From positions 15,620-79,619 of IMG/VR virus record IMGVR_UViG_3300035099_000022: a DNA stretch of 64,000 nt; one strand, 5' to 3'. Every line of letters starts with the position of its first letter. The stretch's first letter is position 1. Under the pieces are notes generated by a model. The model worked only from the letters and a program-made list of their open reading frames with translations, made no database searches and was not told the origin of the DNA. Positions 25,301 to 35,600 of this stretch are shown one piece after another. Position numbers and translations under genes: made by a program. This stretch comes from a virus (lineage: Duplodnaviria > Heunggongvirae > Uroviricota > Caudoviricetes).

Positions 25301-27970
25301 ATGAGCATCAAAGTCAGCGAAGCAATACGCCTCTTCCTCCAAGCTTGCAAGACTCCAGCAAACGCTGACCTGATTGATCGGTGGTCCATTGATCTCGAAA
25401 CTCAGGTGAACGTAGCCCCCGGCGAGGGGGAGCCAGTCGCCGGCAAACGGTCAACCTGGTCAGATGGGGTCAATTTCTGGCACAACATCAGGATTCCAAA
25501 GAACGCTGCCACGGACCCCTCCTTTGAGGATTACAACCTCTGCTTCCCGCTTGCTTTGCACGCCGAGGGTATCGGCATGACTGGCTGGGACTGGAAGGCC
25601 CGGTGCTCACGCTGGTTCGGCTTCGACTTTGACGCACTGACTGGACACGCCAAGGGCATCGGCGTCACCGACGAACAGTTGGAAAAGGTCAAAGAAGCTG
25701 CCTGCGCCTTGCCGTATGTCCAAGTCCGCCGGAGCACAGGTGGCAAGGGCATCCATCTCTACGTCTATCTGGATGACGAAGGTATACCGACCGCAAACCA
25801 CACCGAACACGCCGCTCTGGCCCGTTGCGTCTTGGGAACGATGTCGGCCGAAGTCAACTTCGACTTCGCCAGCGCGATCGACGCCTGCGGCCATGTCATG
25901 TGGGTGTGGCACCGAAAAATGACGCCCGAGAACCACGGGCTGGAAATCATCAAGTCGGCCACGAAGCGGCTCACCGTGGCCGACCTGTCGGAGAACTGGA
26001 AAGATCACATTGAAGTGGTCAGAGGCCGCCGCACAAAAGTCCGAATCAACAAGATCACAGAAGACCAGCAAGACCCATTCGAGAAACTGGTGTCCAGCCG
26101 GACACTGGTTCCCCTGGACGAGAGCCACAAGGCTCAGATTGAAGCCCTCATGCGGAGCGGCTTCACCACGCTCTGGGTCGCCGACCACCACTTGCTGCAA
26201 ACTCACACCTGCGCGCTGCAAAGACTCATGGAGGAGAGCCGCAAGGAATTGAAGTTGGTCGGCATCTTCAAGACAGACTCCCAGGGAAAAGACCCTGGCT
26301 CGCCCAACTGCTTCCTCTTCCCTTTGCCTAATGGCGGCTGGCGGGTCTTCCGCTTCTCGCCAGGAGTCAAAGAGGCCGACACCTGGACCCAGAGCGAAGA
26401 GGGCTGGACCACCTGCTACTTCAATCGCTTCCCAACCCTCGCCTCAGCCTGCAAGACGCAAGGCGGCATCGAAGACGAGAGCGGCGGCTTCGTGTTTACT
26501 GATCCCGCCAAAGCCGTCAAGGCAGCCGAGGCCATCGGCCAGCCGCTTGACTTGGACGTGGCGGCTTTGGGCTCACGAAAAATCATCCTCAAAGGCCACC
26601 GGGACGGCCGACTGGTCGTCAGCATTCAGCGCGAGCAAGAAGATACCGAGCTACCCGGTTGGCTGACGAAGAAGGGGAAATGGGTCCGCGTCTTCGACGT
26701 GAAGACCAGCCAGACAGACGAGAATGAGGATAAGTGCAGCAATAAGTACGACAATGTAATCCGCTGCCTGGAATCCGTCAACGCGGAGCACGCCGGCTGG
26801 GTCACGCGCAAGAACAAAGAATGGGTCCGACAGCCCGATGGGCAGGCCCGACGAATGCTTCAAGACCTGGGCCTCAGCAAGACCGATGCCGAGCGTGCAA
26901 TGGGTCGAGCAGGTTGGTTGGCATGGCGACTGGTAAACCTCCCCTTCCGGGAAGAGTACCCCGGCAACCGCCAGTGGAACCGGGACGCCGCGCAGTTCCG
27001 CTTCCCGATGCCCGAGTTAAGTGACGATGAAGTTCCATACCACCCGCATTGGGACTTAATCTACAACCATGTCGGCACCGAATTGACGCCAGCACTGAAG
27101 GGACTGCCTTGGGCCGAACGAGCGGGAATCAAGACTGGGGCCGACTACCTGCGAGCCTGGACCGCCTGCGCCTTCCGCTGCCCTTTCCAACCAACGCCTT
27201 ACTTATTTCTCTATGGCATGGAAGACTGCGGCAAGAGCATTTTCTTTGAGAGCCTGAAATTCCTTGTCACCAAAGGTGTTGTTCTCGCCGACCACGCCCT
27301 AGGCGACACAGAGTTCAACGGTGAGTTGGCCGGAGCCATCATCTGCGCAGTGGAAGAAGTCGATATTCGTCAGTCTCGCAGTGCTCGTGCCAAAATCAAG
27401 AAGTGGGTTACTGGCCGCACCATCACCATCCGCAAAATGCGACACGACCCTTTCGAGCAACCGAATTCGACGCACTGGATTCAGACGGCCAACTCACCGA
27501 GACACTGCCCCATCTTCAGGGGTGATACCCGCATCACAGTGATTCACGTGCCCGACTTGCTGGAAGAACAACGCATCGCTAAAGCACTCTTGGAAGCCAA
27601 ACTGGAAGAGGAAGCCCCACATTTCCTCTACACCCTCCTGCACCTGGAATTGCCGCCGATTGTTGACCGACTTCGCATTCCTGTCGTGACAACCGTCAGT
27701 AAAATGCAAGCTCAAGAGACCAACCGCGATGAACTGGAAGTCTTCATCGACGAGCAGTGTGACGTAAAGAAAGACGCCAAAGAAATCACCTTCAAAGACT
27801 TTTACGCACGATTCTACGAATCCGTAGATGCCATCGAGAAATACAACTGGACCAAAGAGCGCGTCCGACAAGAGTTACTCGTCAAACATCCCCTCGTTAT
27901 TGGCGCACACAACATGCGCTTCGTAAGCGGCTTGGTGTGGAAATCTGCTACAGAAGGACGCAACGAATGA
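25301..27970 (+). CDS. DNA primase-helicase (prim-pol domain + D5_N + SF3-type helicase)
   Basis: N-terminal prim-pol signature (RRSTGGKGIHLYVYLDD). C-terminal Walker A LYGMEDCGKSIF with D5-like helicase architecture. 889 aa. Confidence 0.8.
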   Translation: MSIKVSEAIRLFLQACKTPANADLIDRWSIDLETQVNVAPGEGEPVAGKRSTWSDGVNFWHNIRIPKNAATDPSFEDYNLCFPLALHAEGIGMTGWDWKARCSRWFGFDFDALTGHAKGIGVTDEQLEKVKEAACALPYVQVRRSTGGKGIHLYVYLDDEGIPTANHTEHAALARCVLGTMSAEVNFDFASAIDACGHVMWVWHRKMTPENHGLEIIKSATKRLTVADLSENWKDHIEVVRGRRTKVRINKITEDQQDPFEKLVSSRTLVPLDESHKAQIEALMRSGFTTLWVADHHLLQTHTCALQRLMEESRKELKLVGIFKTDSQGKDPGSPNCFLFPLPNGGWRVFRFSPGVKEADTWTQSEEGWTTCYFNRFPTLASACKTQGGIEDESGGFVFTDPAKAVKAAEAIGQPLDLDVAALGSRKIILKGHRDGRLVVSIQREQEDTELPGWLTKKGKWVRVFDVKTSQTDENEDKCSNKYDNVIRCLESVNAEHAGWVTRKNKEWVRQPDGQARRMLQDLGLSKTDAERAMGRAGWLAWRLVNLPFREEYPGNRQWNRDAAQFRFPMPELSDDEVPYHPHWDLIYNHVGTELTPALKGLPWAERAGIKTGADYLRAWTACAFRCPFQPTPYLFLYGMEDCGKSIFFESLKFLVTKGVVLADHALGDTEFNGELAGAIICAVEEVDIRQSRSARAKIKKWVTGRTITIRKMRHDPFEQPNSTHWIQTANSPRHCPIFRGDTRITVIHVPDLLEEQRIAKALLEAKLEEEAPHFLYTLLHLELPPIVDRLRIPVVTTVSKMQAQETNRDELEVFIDEQCDVKKDAKEITFKDFYARFYESVDAIEKYNWTKERVRQELLVKHPLVIGAHNMRFVSGLVWKSATEGRNE

Positions 27971-28170
27971 TCGTCCGCATCTACCGCACGCAAGGCACGC
28001 TTTCCCGCTCGATACTCTATGCAGAGTTAATCGCGGAAATTGAAGTTGACGAACCGCCCGAAGACCCACAAACCTTGGCGGATGAATACGGCGGCGATTT
28101 CATTCAACCAATACCTCAATCCAATTCCCAAGTTCATAGAGGAAAAGATACATGGCAAAATACGACATGA
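27967..28170 (+). CDS. Hypothetical small protein
   Basis: ATGA start overlaps the primase stop. 67 aa. Confidence 0.25.
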   Translation: MIVRIYRTQGTLSRSILYAELIAEIEVDEPPEDPQTLADEYGGDFIQPIPQSNSQVHRGKDTWQNTT

Positions 28171-28580
28171 CGGACAGCGGCAAACGACAGTTCTTTGGCA
28201 AGGACATGGCGGTTCGTGACACGGCGGACGACAAGCCCCGACCCGACCTGATCTCGCCGTTCGCCGAAGAGCGGCAAGGGCACTGGCTTCGCATGGGCGC
28301 GGCCAAGTATGCCGAGCGGAACTGGGAGAAAGGGATGCCGTTCTCCCGCTGCGTGGCCTCGCTCAAGCGGCACCTGATGAAGTACCAGCAGGGCTTGAAG
28401 GACGAAGACCATCTGGCCGCGATCATGTTCAACGCGATGGCCTTGATCCATTACGAAGAAATGATCGAACGCGGCCTGCTGCCGGCCGAGTTGAACGATA
28501 TGCCGTGCTATCAGCCGACCACACCTAAGCAAAAAGCCCGCAAATCGGCCCGTAGAAGGAAGTCACATAAGACAACCTGA
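28152..28580 (+). CDS. Conserved hypothetical protein (possibly nucleotide pyrophosphohydrolase-like)
   Basis: 142-aa ORF (YAERNWEKG...HLAAIMFNAMALIHYEE). The family assignment is tentative and from memory only. Confidence 0.3.
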   Translation: MAKYDMTDSGKRQFFGKDMAVRDTADDKPRPDLISPFAEERQGHWLRMGAAKYAERNWEKGMPFSRCVASLKRHLMKYQQGLKDEDHLAAIMFNAMALIHYEEMIERGLLPAELNDMPCYQPTTPKQKARKSARRRKSHKTT

Positions 28581-28603
28581 CCCAAGACGCATGAAAGAAT
28601 CCG

Positions 28604-29224
28604 ATGTCCCGCGTTCAAGAATACCCTGGCCTCCGACACCTCTACGGCCATCTGATGGCTGCCGTCGATTTGGAAACAACTGGCACCCAACCAGGGTGGC
28701 ATGAAATTGTGCAAATCGCTATTGTGCCGCTGGACGACGAATTCAAGGCTCTCAACAACGTGCGACCCTTCTACACCCACATCAAGCCCAATCACCCGGA
28801 GCGGGAAAGCGAGGCAGCCAAACAGAAGCACAAGATTCCAATGCACGAATTGATGCTTCACGCCCCGTCCCAAGATAAGGTAAAGGACTGGCTCTATGAC
28901 TGGTTCGAGGACTTACGCCTGCCCTTCAAGCGTTGCCTCGTGCCCTTGGCCCACAACTGGGCCTTCGAGTCATCAATGCTCAAGGCATGGCTGGGCGTAG
29001 ACATGGTGGACCAGATATTCCACAGCCACGCTCGTGACTCCATGCTCACTGCCGTTGCGATCAACGACCGCGAGGCGTGCGCCGGCCGACCGATTCCTTT
29101 TGAGAAGATCGGTCTTAACTCCCTGTGCGCCAAGCTAAAAATCGTCAATACCAACCCCCACGATGCTCTGGCCGACTGCCTAGCCAGTGCGGAAGTCTAC
29201 AAAACCTTGCTGCGAATGTTTTAG
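28604..29224 (+). CDS. DnaQ-like (DEDDh) 3'-5' exonuclease
   Basis: Exo I motif AAVDLETTG. Exo III motif NPHDALADCLASAEVY. Confidence 0.8.
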   Translation: MSRVQEYPGLRHLYGHLMAAVDLETTGTQPGWHEIVQIAIVPLDDEFKALNNVRPFYTHIKPNHPERESEAAKQKHKIPMHELMLHAPSQDKVKDWLYDWFEDLRLPFKRCLVPLAHNWAFESSMLKAWLGVDMVDQIFHSHARDSMLTAVAINDREACAGRPIPFEKIGLNSLCAKLKIVNTNPHDALADCLASAEVYKTLLRMF

Positions 29225-29233
29225 GAGGCAGTT

Positions 29234-30181
29234 ATGGGACGGGTCTGGACACTTCAAGATTGGAACAACATCATCCAACAGGTTAACGACCTTGCGCAGA
29301 ATCCCGACCCAGGCTGCGATCCCGTCAGCCCCCTTGAGTCCGTTGATCCGCCCCACAAATGGTCAAAAGCCGATATCCAGCAGGTCCAAGACAAACTCAA
29401 GGAAATCTGCAAAGATAACACCTTCTCCGCTGAATTGCGACTTTGGGCACAAAACATCATCGACGAGATCAATGACGCCATCGCCAAAGGTTGGTGCGGC
29501 TGCAACATGTGCCAAGCCGAAGATGAAACCTACATAATCTTCGACTACTCAGTACCCTGCAATGTTCATATCGAACCTTGGGATTGCGGCCAATCAGACC
29601 CATGTTATCCTCCGCCGCAGGGCTCATATTTTGACTACTACAGTGCCGCGGCAGGAATTACTGGATTCGGACCAAGTATTGGAGGTGGTTACTCTATTGT
29701 CCGAACCGAATGGAGGGACGACGAACCAATCTACACCTCTTTTTGCTACAGCAATACTTTTGATTGTGCCGGCAATCAGACGCTTCCAATGCCACCACCC
29801 GTGTATATAGGCGGGGAACTTAAGAATTCTGCCTATGGACCCATAGACCATTGCTTTTCTTGCGCCCTCTACCGCTGGTCTTGTTTTCTCTGGTGGTGTT
29901 CCTGTGGGACTTGTGTTGTCGGCAGTCTTCCTTGTCGTTTTCCGCCGCCTGCCTCTGATGACCAGAATTGCGATGCCTCACCCAACGGTACCTATGAACA
30001 AAATGTTCCCGAGTATGCTCTAGCCGTTGAAGATTGCTCACACACACACCGCATTACTTTCGAGGTCCGCAAACACTGTAATGAAGGTTTCCATACGGGA
30101 GCCCCATGTCGCAAATGTTGTTCCGACGGTGTGCATTTCTGCGACAATCTCTCCTGTCCCGGTGATCCCGCCTGCGAATGA
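29234..30181 (+). CDS. Cysteine-rich protein (about 30 Cys in 315 aa)
   Basis: Many CxxC, CC and CxC pairs, e.g. WCGCNMCQ, CFSCALYRWSCFLWWCSCGTC and CRKCCSDGVHFCDNLSCPGDPACE. No signal peptide is evident. The stop overlaps the next start (ATGA). Confidence 0.5.
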   Translation: MGRVWTLQDWNNIIQQVNDLAQNPDPGCDPVSPLESVDPPHKWSKADIQQVQDKLKEICKDNTFSAELRLWAQNIIDEINDAIAKGWCGCNMCQAEDETYIIFDYSVPCNVHIEPWDCGQSDPCYPPPQGSYFDYYSAAAGITGFGPSIGGGYSIVRTEWRDDEPIYTSFCYSNTFDCAGNQTLPMPPPVYIGGELKNSAYGPIDHCFSCALYRWSCFLWWCSCGTCVVGSLPCRFPPPASDDQNCDASPNGTYEQNVPEYALAVEDCSHTHRITFEVRKHCNEGFHTGAPCRKCCSDGVHFCDNLSCPGDPACE

Positions 30182-30627
30182 GGTATTTCATGGCTTGCTC
30201 AAACTGTAAACCCTCCACAACATCCCCTGTCACACCCCCACAAACACCGCCTGCCTTCCCCACCGGCTACACCGGCTGTGCGCTTAGCAGTCTTCGCTAC
30301 GCACTGCCGCCGCCGCTCCCAAACACGCCATATGAACTTCCTCACATCACGGATGATGGCACCATCATCTATGCTAAGAACACGAATCAAACCCCGCCGC
30401 CCGAAATTAACGGCTATAGTCGTGACCCCAACGACTCGTGGTGCTTTCATCCGTTGTGGCCCGAATGCGCCATGCGCATTCACGGCATAACACGAAAACG
30501 CCACACCGGCGCAATCAACGTTGTTATGCTTTGCAATCACCCCGAAAGTCCGCAGCAAAGCCAACGTCTCACACATCACGATTGCCTTAACTGTTCGCTT
30601 CGTTTTCCCAGGAATGATCGCCAATGA
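30178..30627 (+). CDS. Cys/His-rich paralog 1 of a tandem family
   Basis: Shares DDGTIIY...PPPEINGYSRDPND...PLWPEC...CNHPE...HHDCLNC with the next two ORFs. Confidence 0.5.
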   Translation: MRYFMACSNCKPSTTSPVTPPQTPPAFPTGYTGCALSSLRYALPPPLPNTPYELPHITDDGTIIYAKNTNQTPPPEINGYSRDPNDSWCFHPLWPECAMRIHGITRKRHTGAINVVMLCNHPESPQQSQRLTHHDCLNCSLRFPRNDRQ

Positions 30628-31292
30628 ACAATCCACCTCCGCAACTGTTCGACCGCATTACCGACGTAAAGCCGATGGACACCTTCGGTGCTCTTGTTGC
30701 CACAAGCCTAGTAAAAGGTATCCTATACGATTTTCAAGAGCACCTAGTGAGTGTCGGCTTCGACGCCACTGCACTCGAAACAGAGGTTCGCAACTTTGCG
30801 GAATCGCGCCGTTTAGACCTGTCACAAGGTGACACACGATTCTGGGACTCCATGTTGAGTGGAATCAATGATTTTTACCAACGACCCACATCACCACCTG
30901 AAAAGCCTACAGAAATTCCACGATCCACCCTCGCGAAACTTGAAGACACCCTGCCGCCTTATAAGGCCGGGCGCGATCGACGTGTTCAATTTGAACCAGA
31001 TGGTACAATCATCTACCCAGAACACGACAGTCCGTGGAATGACGAACCAAATGAAATCAACGGCTACCAACGTGATCCAAACAATCCCTTTCGATTCGTT
31101 CCGCTCTGGAAAGAATGCCTGCTCCGCCGCGGCATCGCAGTCCGATACGCACAGTGCGGCTGTATCGACGTAATCATGCGGTGTGGCCATCCGAAGTGTG
31201 CCAAATTTGGCGACCGAGTAAGTCACACCGATTGTGCCGATTGCCTCTTACGAATCCAGGAGCCCAATGATGAGTTGCAAAAACTGCCCTGA
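30624..31292 (+). CDS. Cys/His-rich paralog 2
   Basis: Shares PDGTIIY...NEINGYQRDPNN...PLWKEC...CGHPKC...HTDCADC. Confidence 0.5.
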   Translation: MNNPPPQLFDRITDVKPMDTFGALVATSLVKGILYDFQEHLVSVGFDATALETEVRNFAESRRLDLSQGDTRFWDSMLSGINDFYQRPTSPPEKPTEIPRSTLAKLEDTLPPYKAGRDRRVQFEPDGTIIYPEHDSPWNDEPNEINGYQRDPNNPFRFVPLWKECLLRRGIAVRYAQCGCIDVIMRCGHPKCAKFGDRVSHTDCADCLLRIQEPNDELQKLP

Positions 31293-31707
31293 TAAAAACA
31301 TAGATGGCACAGCACTTATCGTTTACACCGGTGGACCGCCCCATGCGCCATTTGCGGCCATGCGATTAGTCCTCCGTGACGACGGTATCATCCGTCGTTA
31401 CCAGCCCACAGTCCATCCGGATGGATGCATTGAATACAAACGAGACGCACCTGAACCACTTGTGCCTGAAGGTTACATGAAAGATGAACATAACCCGTGG
31501 ATATTGCGGCCGGTGTGGGTATCGTGCATCTATCGCACATACCGTGTCCAGCGACTTGATGACGGCCAATTGAAAATCAACGGTTTCTGTGTCAACCCTC
31601 ACTCTGGCATATCAACCCGTGAACCTGTCACGTGCGCCAAATGCAACCTCTGTGCCGTGGGCTGTGCCATCGGCTCCATGCCGGTAATTACCGGTCATTA
31701 CCGGTAG
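31267..31707 (+). CDS. Cys/His-rich paralog 3 (divergent)
   Basis: EGYMKDEHNPWILRPVWVSC...CVNPHS...CAKCNLCAVGC. Start placed at the internal ATGATG to limit overlap with the upstream gene. Confidence 0.45.
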   Translation: MMSCKNCPDKNIDGTALIVYTGGPPHAPFAAMRLVLRDDGIIRRYQPTVHPDGCIEYKRDAPEPLVPEGYMKDEHNPWILRPVWVSCIYRTYRVQRLDDGQLKINGFCVNPHSGISTREPVTCAKCNLCAVGCAIGSMPVITGHYR

Positions 31708-32288
31708 AATTGGTACGTTGCCATCCCTGGATGGTCGACCGGAGTCGTAAGCAGCTTGTAGACCTTGCAGTCTGCGAAGTCCACAAGCTTACACCTGCTA
31801 ATATGCACGCCGAACTGCCGCAATTCGCGGCGAGTCGCGTGTGTCAGTATCTTCGTCAACGATTCATCCCGAATCCCGGCCATGATCTCTTCACACGTGT
31901 GATTAGCGACTACCTTCACCACCGCCGACTGCGTGAGATCATTGATTGTTGTGTCTACATCCCAATTCATCTTGCCGATGGCCCTCACTGGATCAGGTAT
32001 CTTGTAAACCACCAGCGTCTTAACCACCACCTTCTTCCCATCCTTCGTTGCCACAACCTGATCAGGAATGGCGAGCGTCTGCCGGGCAGTCACAATCACC
32101 TCCACATCCGTCACCAAGGGCCAGTAAATATGTAACCCCGGCGTCAAGAGTTTGACATATTTACCGCGCACCCATTTGACCCCGCCGTGCGTCGAGCGCA
32201 CGACCACGATGCGAGGGAAAAATTGAAAGATGGCCTGGATTAGCTGATTCAACCACGAAAAAGCAGATTCCATAGTTGCCTCTTCCAT
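31698..32288 (-). CDS. SPFH (band-7/stomatin/prohibitin-like) domain protein
   Basis: Pattern VRSTHGGVKWVRGKYVKLLTPGLHIYWPLVTDVEV...VVYKIPDPVRA matches the SPFH core. An N-terminal hydrophobic stretch is present. Confidence 0.5.
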   Translation of the reverse strand: MEEATMESAFSWLNQLIQAIFQFFPRIVVVRSTHGGVKWVRGKYVKLLTPGLHIYWPLVTDVEVIVTARQTLAIPDQVVATKDGKKVVVKTLVVYKIPDPVRAIGKMNWDVDTTINDLTQSAVVKVVANHTCEEIMAGIRDESLTKILTHATRRELRQFGVHISRCKLVDFADCKVYKLLTTPVDHPGMATYQFYR

Positions 32289-32315
32289 CAGTGCCTCTCC
32301 TCAAGAAATAACAAG

Positions 32316-32345
32316 TGTCCAGGCGGCTTTCCGCCTGGACACTTT
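32316..32345. terminator. Bidirectional stem-loop terminator candidate (GTCCAGGCGG-CTTT-CCGCCTGGAC)
   Basis: Perfect 10-bp stem with a T-rich tract on the minus strand. It lies downstream of the leftward structural operon. Confidence 0.45.
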
Positions 32346-32455
32346 GTCTGCGCACGCGCCGCATGCGCCGCACGCGCCGCGCATACTACCACACTACACG
32401 CTACACACTACACGCTACACACTACACTTGCCGCACTTGCCGCACGTGTTCTTAC
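32346..32455. repeat. Complex short-repeat region (GCCGCACGCGCC, ACTACACGCTACAC, CTTGCCGCA units)
   Basis: Read directly between the SPFH gene and the end of the structural operon. Confidence 0.7.
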
Positions 32456-32664
32456 TTGCTTCGGCCCCGTCGATGCAACGACGAAAGCGTCTTCGCCAAG
32501 TTGATCTGGCGTCGAGTCGAAGTCGAAATGTTCGCAGGCGGATGTGCAATGAACGCGCTCACCGACATCTTCGCCGCCTTTGCCTTGCGCGTCAATGCGC
32601 CTGGGTGCTTGATCGCACTCTGAATCCACTTCTTTGCCATGATGTTGTCTCCTGGCTGTTCCAC
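32452..32664 (-). CDS. Small conserved protein (DUF3008-like)
   Basis: 70 aa. KKWIQSAIKHPGALTRKAKAA...RRQINLAKTL resembles the DUF3008 family from memory. Confidence 0.4.
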   Translation of the reverse strand: MEQPGDNIMAKKWIQSAIKHPGALTRKAKAAKMSVSAFIAHPPANISTSTRRQINLAKTLSSLHRRGRSK

Positions 32665-35600
32665 TAATCTTGAGACTCTTGAAGAAACGCGGTCCCTGCA
32701 CCATACAGTTGGCCATCCATGTCATACTGGAAGTCGAAAGGCGATTCCAGACCGTCACCATTGGCGATGTAGGCATTGGCATCCAAGCAGAGATGACCTG
32801 TTTCCGGGCCAATCGCCAACACGTCCGACAGGCAAGCATTACTCGCCTCATGCTCCGCGTCGCAAACATATGCACCCGCATTCAAGCAAGCATAACCGTC
32901 CGTAGATACGTAGATCAACTGATCCAAAGTTCCTTCCGCTTCCCCATTGGCGATGTAGGCATTGGCATCCAAGCAGAGATAACCTGTTTCCGGGCCAATC
33001 GCCAACACGTCCGACAGGCAAGCATTACTCGCCTCATGCTCCGCGTCGCAAACATATGCATCCGCATTCAAGCAAGCATAACCGTCCGTAGATACGTAGA
33101 TCAACTGATCCAAAGTTCCTTCCGCTTCCCCTTTCGTATCGCCAATCGAGGCGTCATTACGCAACACCAAGTTGCCGTCATCACTGATACGACCTATGAT
33201 GGATTTCAAATACCCGTGAATCTCCCGCCCACGGTCACTGGAATCCACCACAACCGTCTTCGCAAGGTCAATCGTAAGCATTCCTGACAGCGCCGCCGGA
33301 ACATAGGGGGCCGAAGGCTCCACGGTATAAGTCCGCAAATTGAGGTAAGGTTTGGACGATGTGTTCAATTCTGCATAGACGCTTGGGTTAATAATCATCT
33401 GCGGTGTGAAACCAATATCCGTTGGATGTCGGTCGCCCTGATCACTTTGCGGTCGAAAAACCACATTCGGCCCACCGACCCACACCACGTCGCCTGATTC
33501 AATTCCAGACGTATTGCCAACCGGCAAGTTGCCCGTGGCATTCATCCCCACACCACCACCACCCGCATCATTGCTGGCGCGGTCGCTATCCGGTGGCCAA
33601 GTTTGACTTGGCGGCAATGCACTTGGCCAGTAAAATGGGTGAAACGCCATTTCCCCAGCACGCACAGGCACAAGACACTCAAAATCCACAGTGTTGTCGG
33701 CTGAGTTGTAATTAGCTTTTTCCACCACGGACTTCACCGCGGTGCTCGCCACATAAGGATACCCAAAATCAAGCAGCGCGCAATCAAACGTCTCCAAGTT
33801 TAACTTTTGCAGAAACGTCTTGAACTTGATCCGCTTCCAGGTATTCGACTTCCGTATCAACCAGAACGTGGCGCACTTGAAAATGATGTCCGGCTGGTTA
33901 TAGATGTACCAGTTGTACTCTTCCTCCTTCGTTCCATACCGAGTGATATTGTGCCGAAGAATCATCGTCTTCTCGGACCTATCCTTATCCCGATCCGTCG
34001 CACCAGGTGCCCAGCTTACCCGCCACTTGACCTTCATCTTGGTCACAACATCTTCCGTGCTGGTTAACTCAACTTCTACACCAGAATCAGCATCCAAATC
34101 GCTCACAGTAATCGTATCATCGACATCTGGCTCTTCGGGTAGATACTTGATGTAAAAGACCCCGTTGCTGATCCACAAAGCACAGCGAGCTTGGTAAGCA
34201 ATCTCTTGCAGAAGTTGAAGCGTGTTCTTTCGCTCCAAGACAGGAAAATTCACGGGGAACTGGGCCAACTTGCTCTGCACGTGATTAAAACTGGTCACAT
34301 CCCACGTTAGGTCCGTATAGTTGGAGATCAGATACTTGAGGACATCGATGGTATCCGGACCAATATTCGATTGAAACGTAACGTAGATGTCATCACTCCA
34401 CCCGCCAGACCCATCGATGGACTGCTCAGTGATGGTGCTTAGTGGTTTATTGAATCTCACCTGAACCGCCGTGACCGCTCCGTAAGTCTGCGTTTGAACC
34501 GTATAGAGGTTACTAGGCACGTTAATAAGCCGTCGCTCGCCAGTAAACTGCTTGTATGCCTTCACCGCCAAAACTGTCCCCGGCACGATGCTCACGATAT
34601 AGGTCAGCGGCTCATCGCTATGCATACGTACCGTGGCCCCAGCCTCAGCCCAAAATTGCTGCAAGATCGGAGTATCCGATGTTCTGCTGGCACTGCCACT
34701 CTTAGTCTGAATGACCCAACCGTGAGACCGACACCAACAAGTATCAAACGCAGCCCATACGCAGTTGCAAGATACATCAATCTTGTAATCAAAGTTCTGC
34801 ACAGACTCACTGGGGCCAGTCGAACAGGTCTCAGTCTGCTCAGCATAGACATCCTCAGCCTGTTTAGCAAGAGCTTCACTCCACCGCCGAGTAACATAGA
34901 AATCTTGGCCGTGAAAATGACCCCAGAACCAAACGCCATTGATGTCGATGACAATGGGCGTATCCTGCGGGAAATCTTCGCCTCCTAGCACCTTAATCGG
35001 ATTCGGGCCAAGACCTTTAGAATTAGCGTCTGCCAACTGCTTAGATCGCTGCGTTGCAGCACATCCTTGACGAGCCATTGCCTGAGCGATCATGTTCCCC
35101 CGCTGTGTCTCTAAGTCATTGATTTGATCCAAGTAGGCGTTCGCTTGAGCCTCCGCCCCAGCCGAATCGGCGCAGGCACGAGCACATTCAAGCACGTTAA
35201 GTTGTTCCGTGATAAGTGTTAATGAGGCCCCGAGGTTTGAATCCACACCCGATCCGTCACTGTACCACGAAAAACGCTGGTAGTATTCCTGTCCAGCAAT
35301 GCAGCCCACACCTGTCAGTGTGGTGCCCGTCACCGCATGATTGATTTGCAGCGCAGGACAATCTTGAACTGTTCCAAAGATCATTGGCCACGGCTTGCCC
35401 ACGAGATCAGCGGGCAGATACGGAAACTGACCCTCTTCCGCACTGAATCCGACCTCGCGATCTTCCAATTGCGAGATGATCGTAAACTTCACCGTGCGGT
35501 CCCGTTCGTTCCAGGCAATCGGCGTGCTCACCTTCCCTGCAAACAAGAGAAACTTGTCAGTCAGGTCCAGACCATCAAAATACTGGTAAACCCGAGCATT

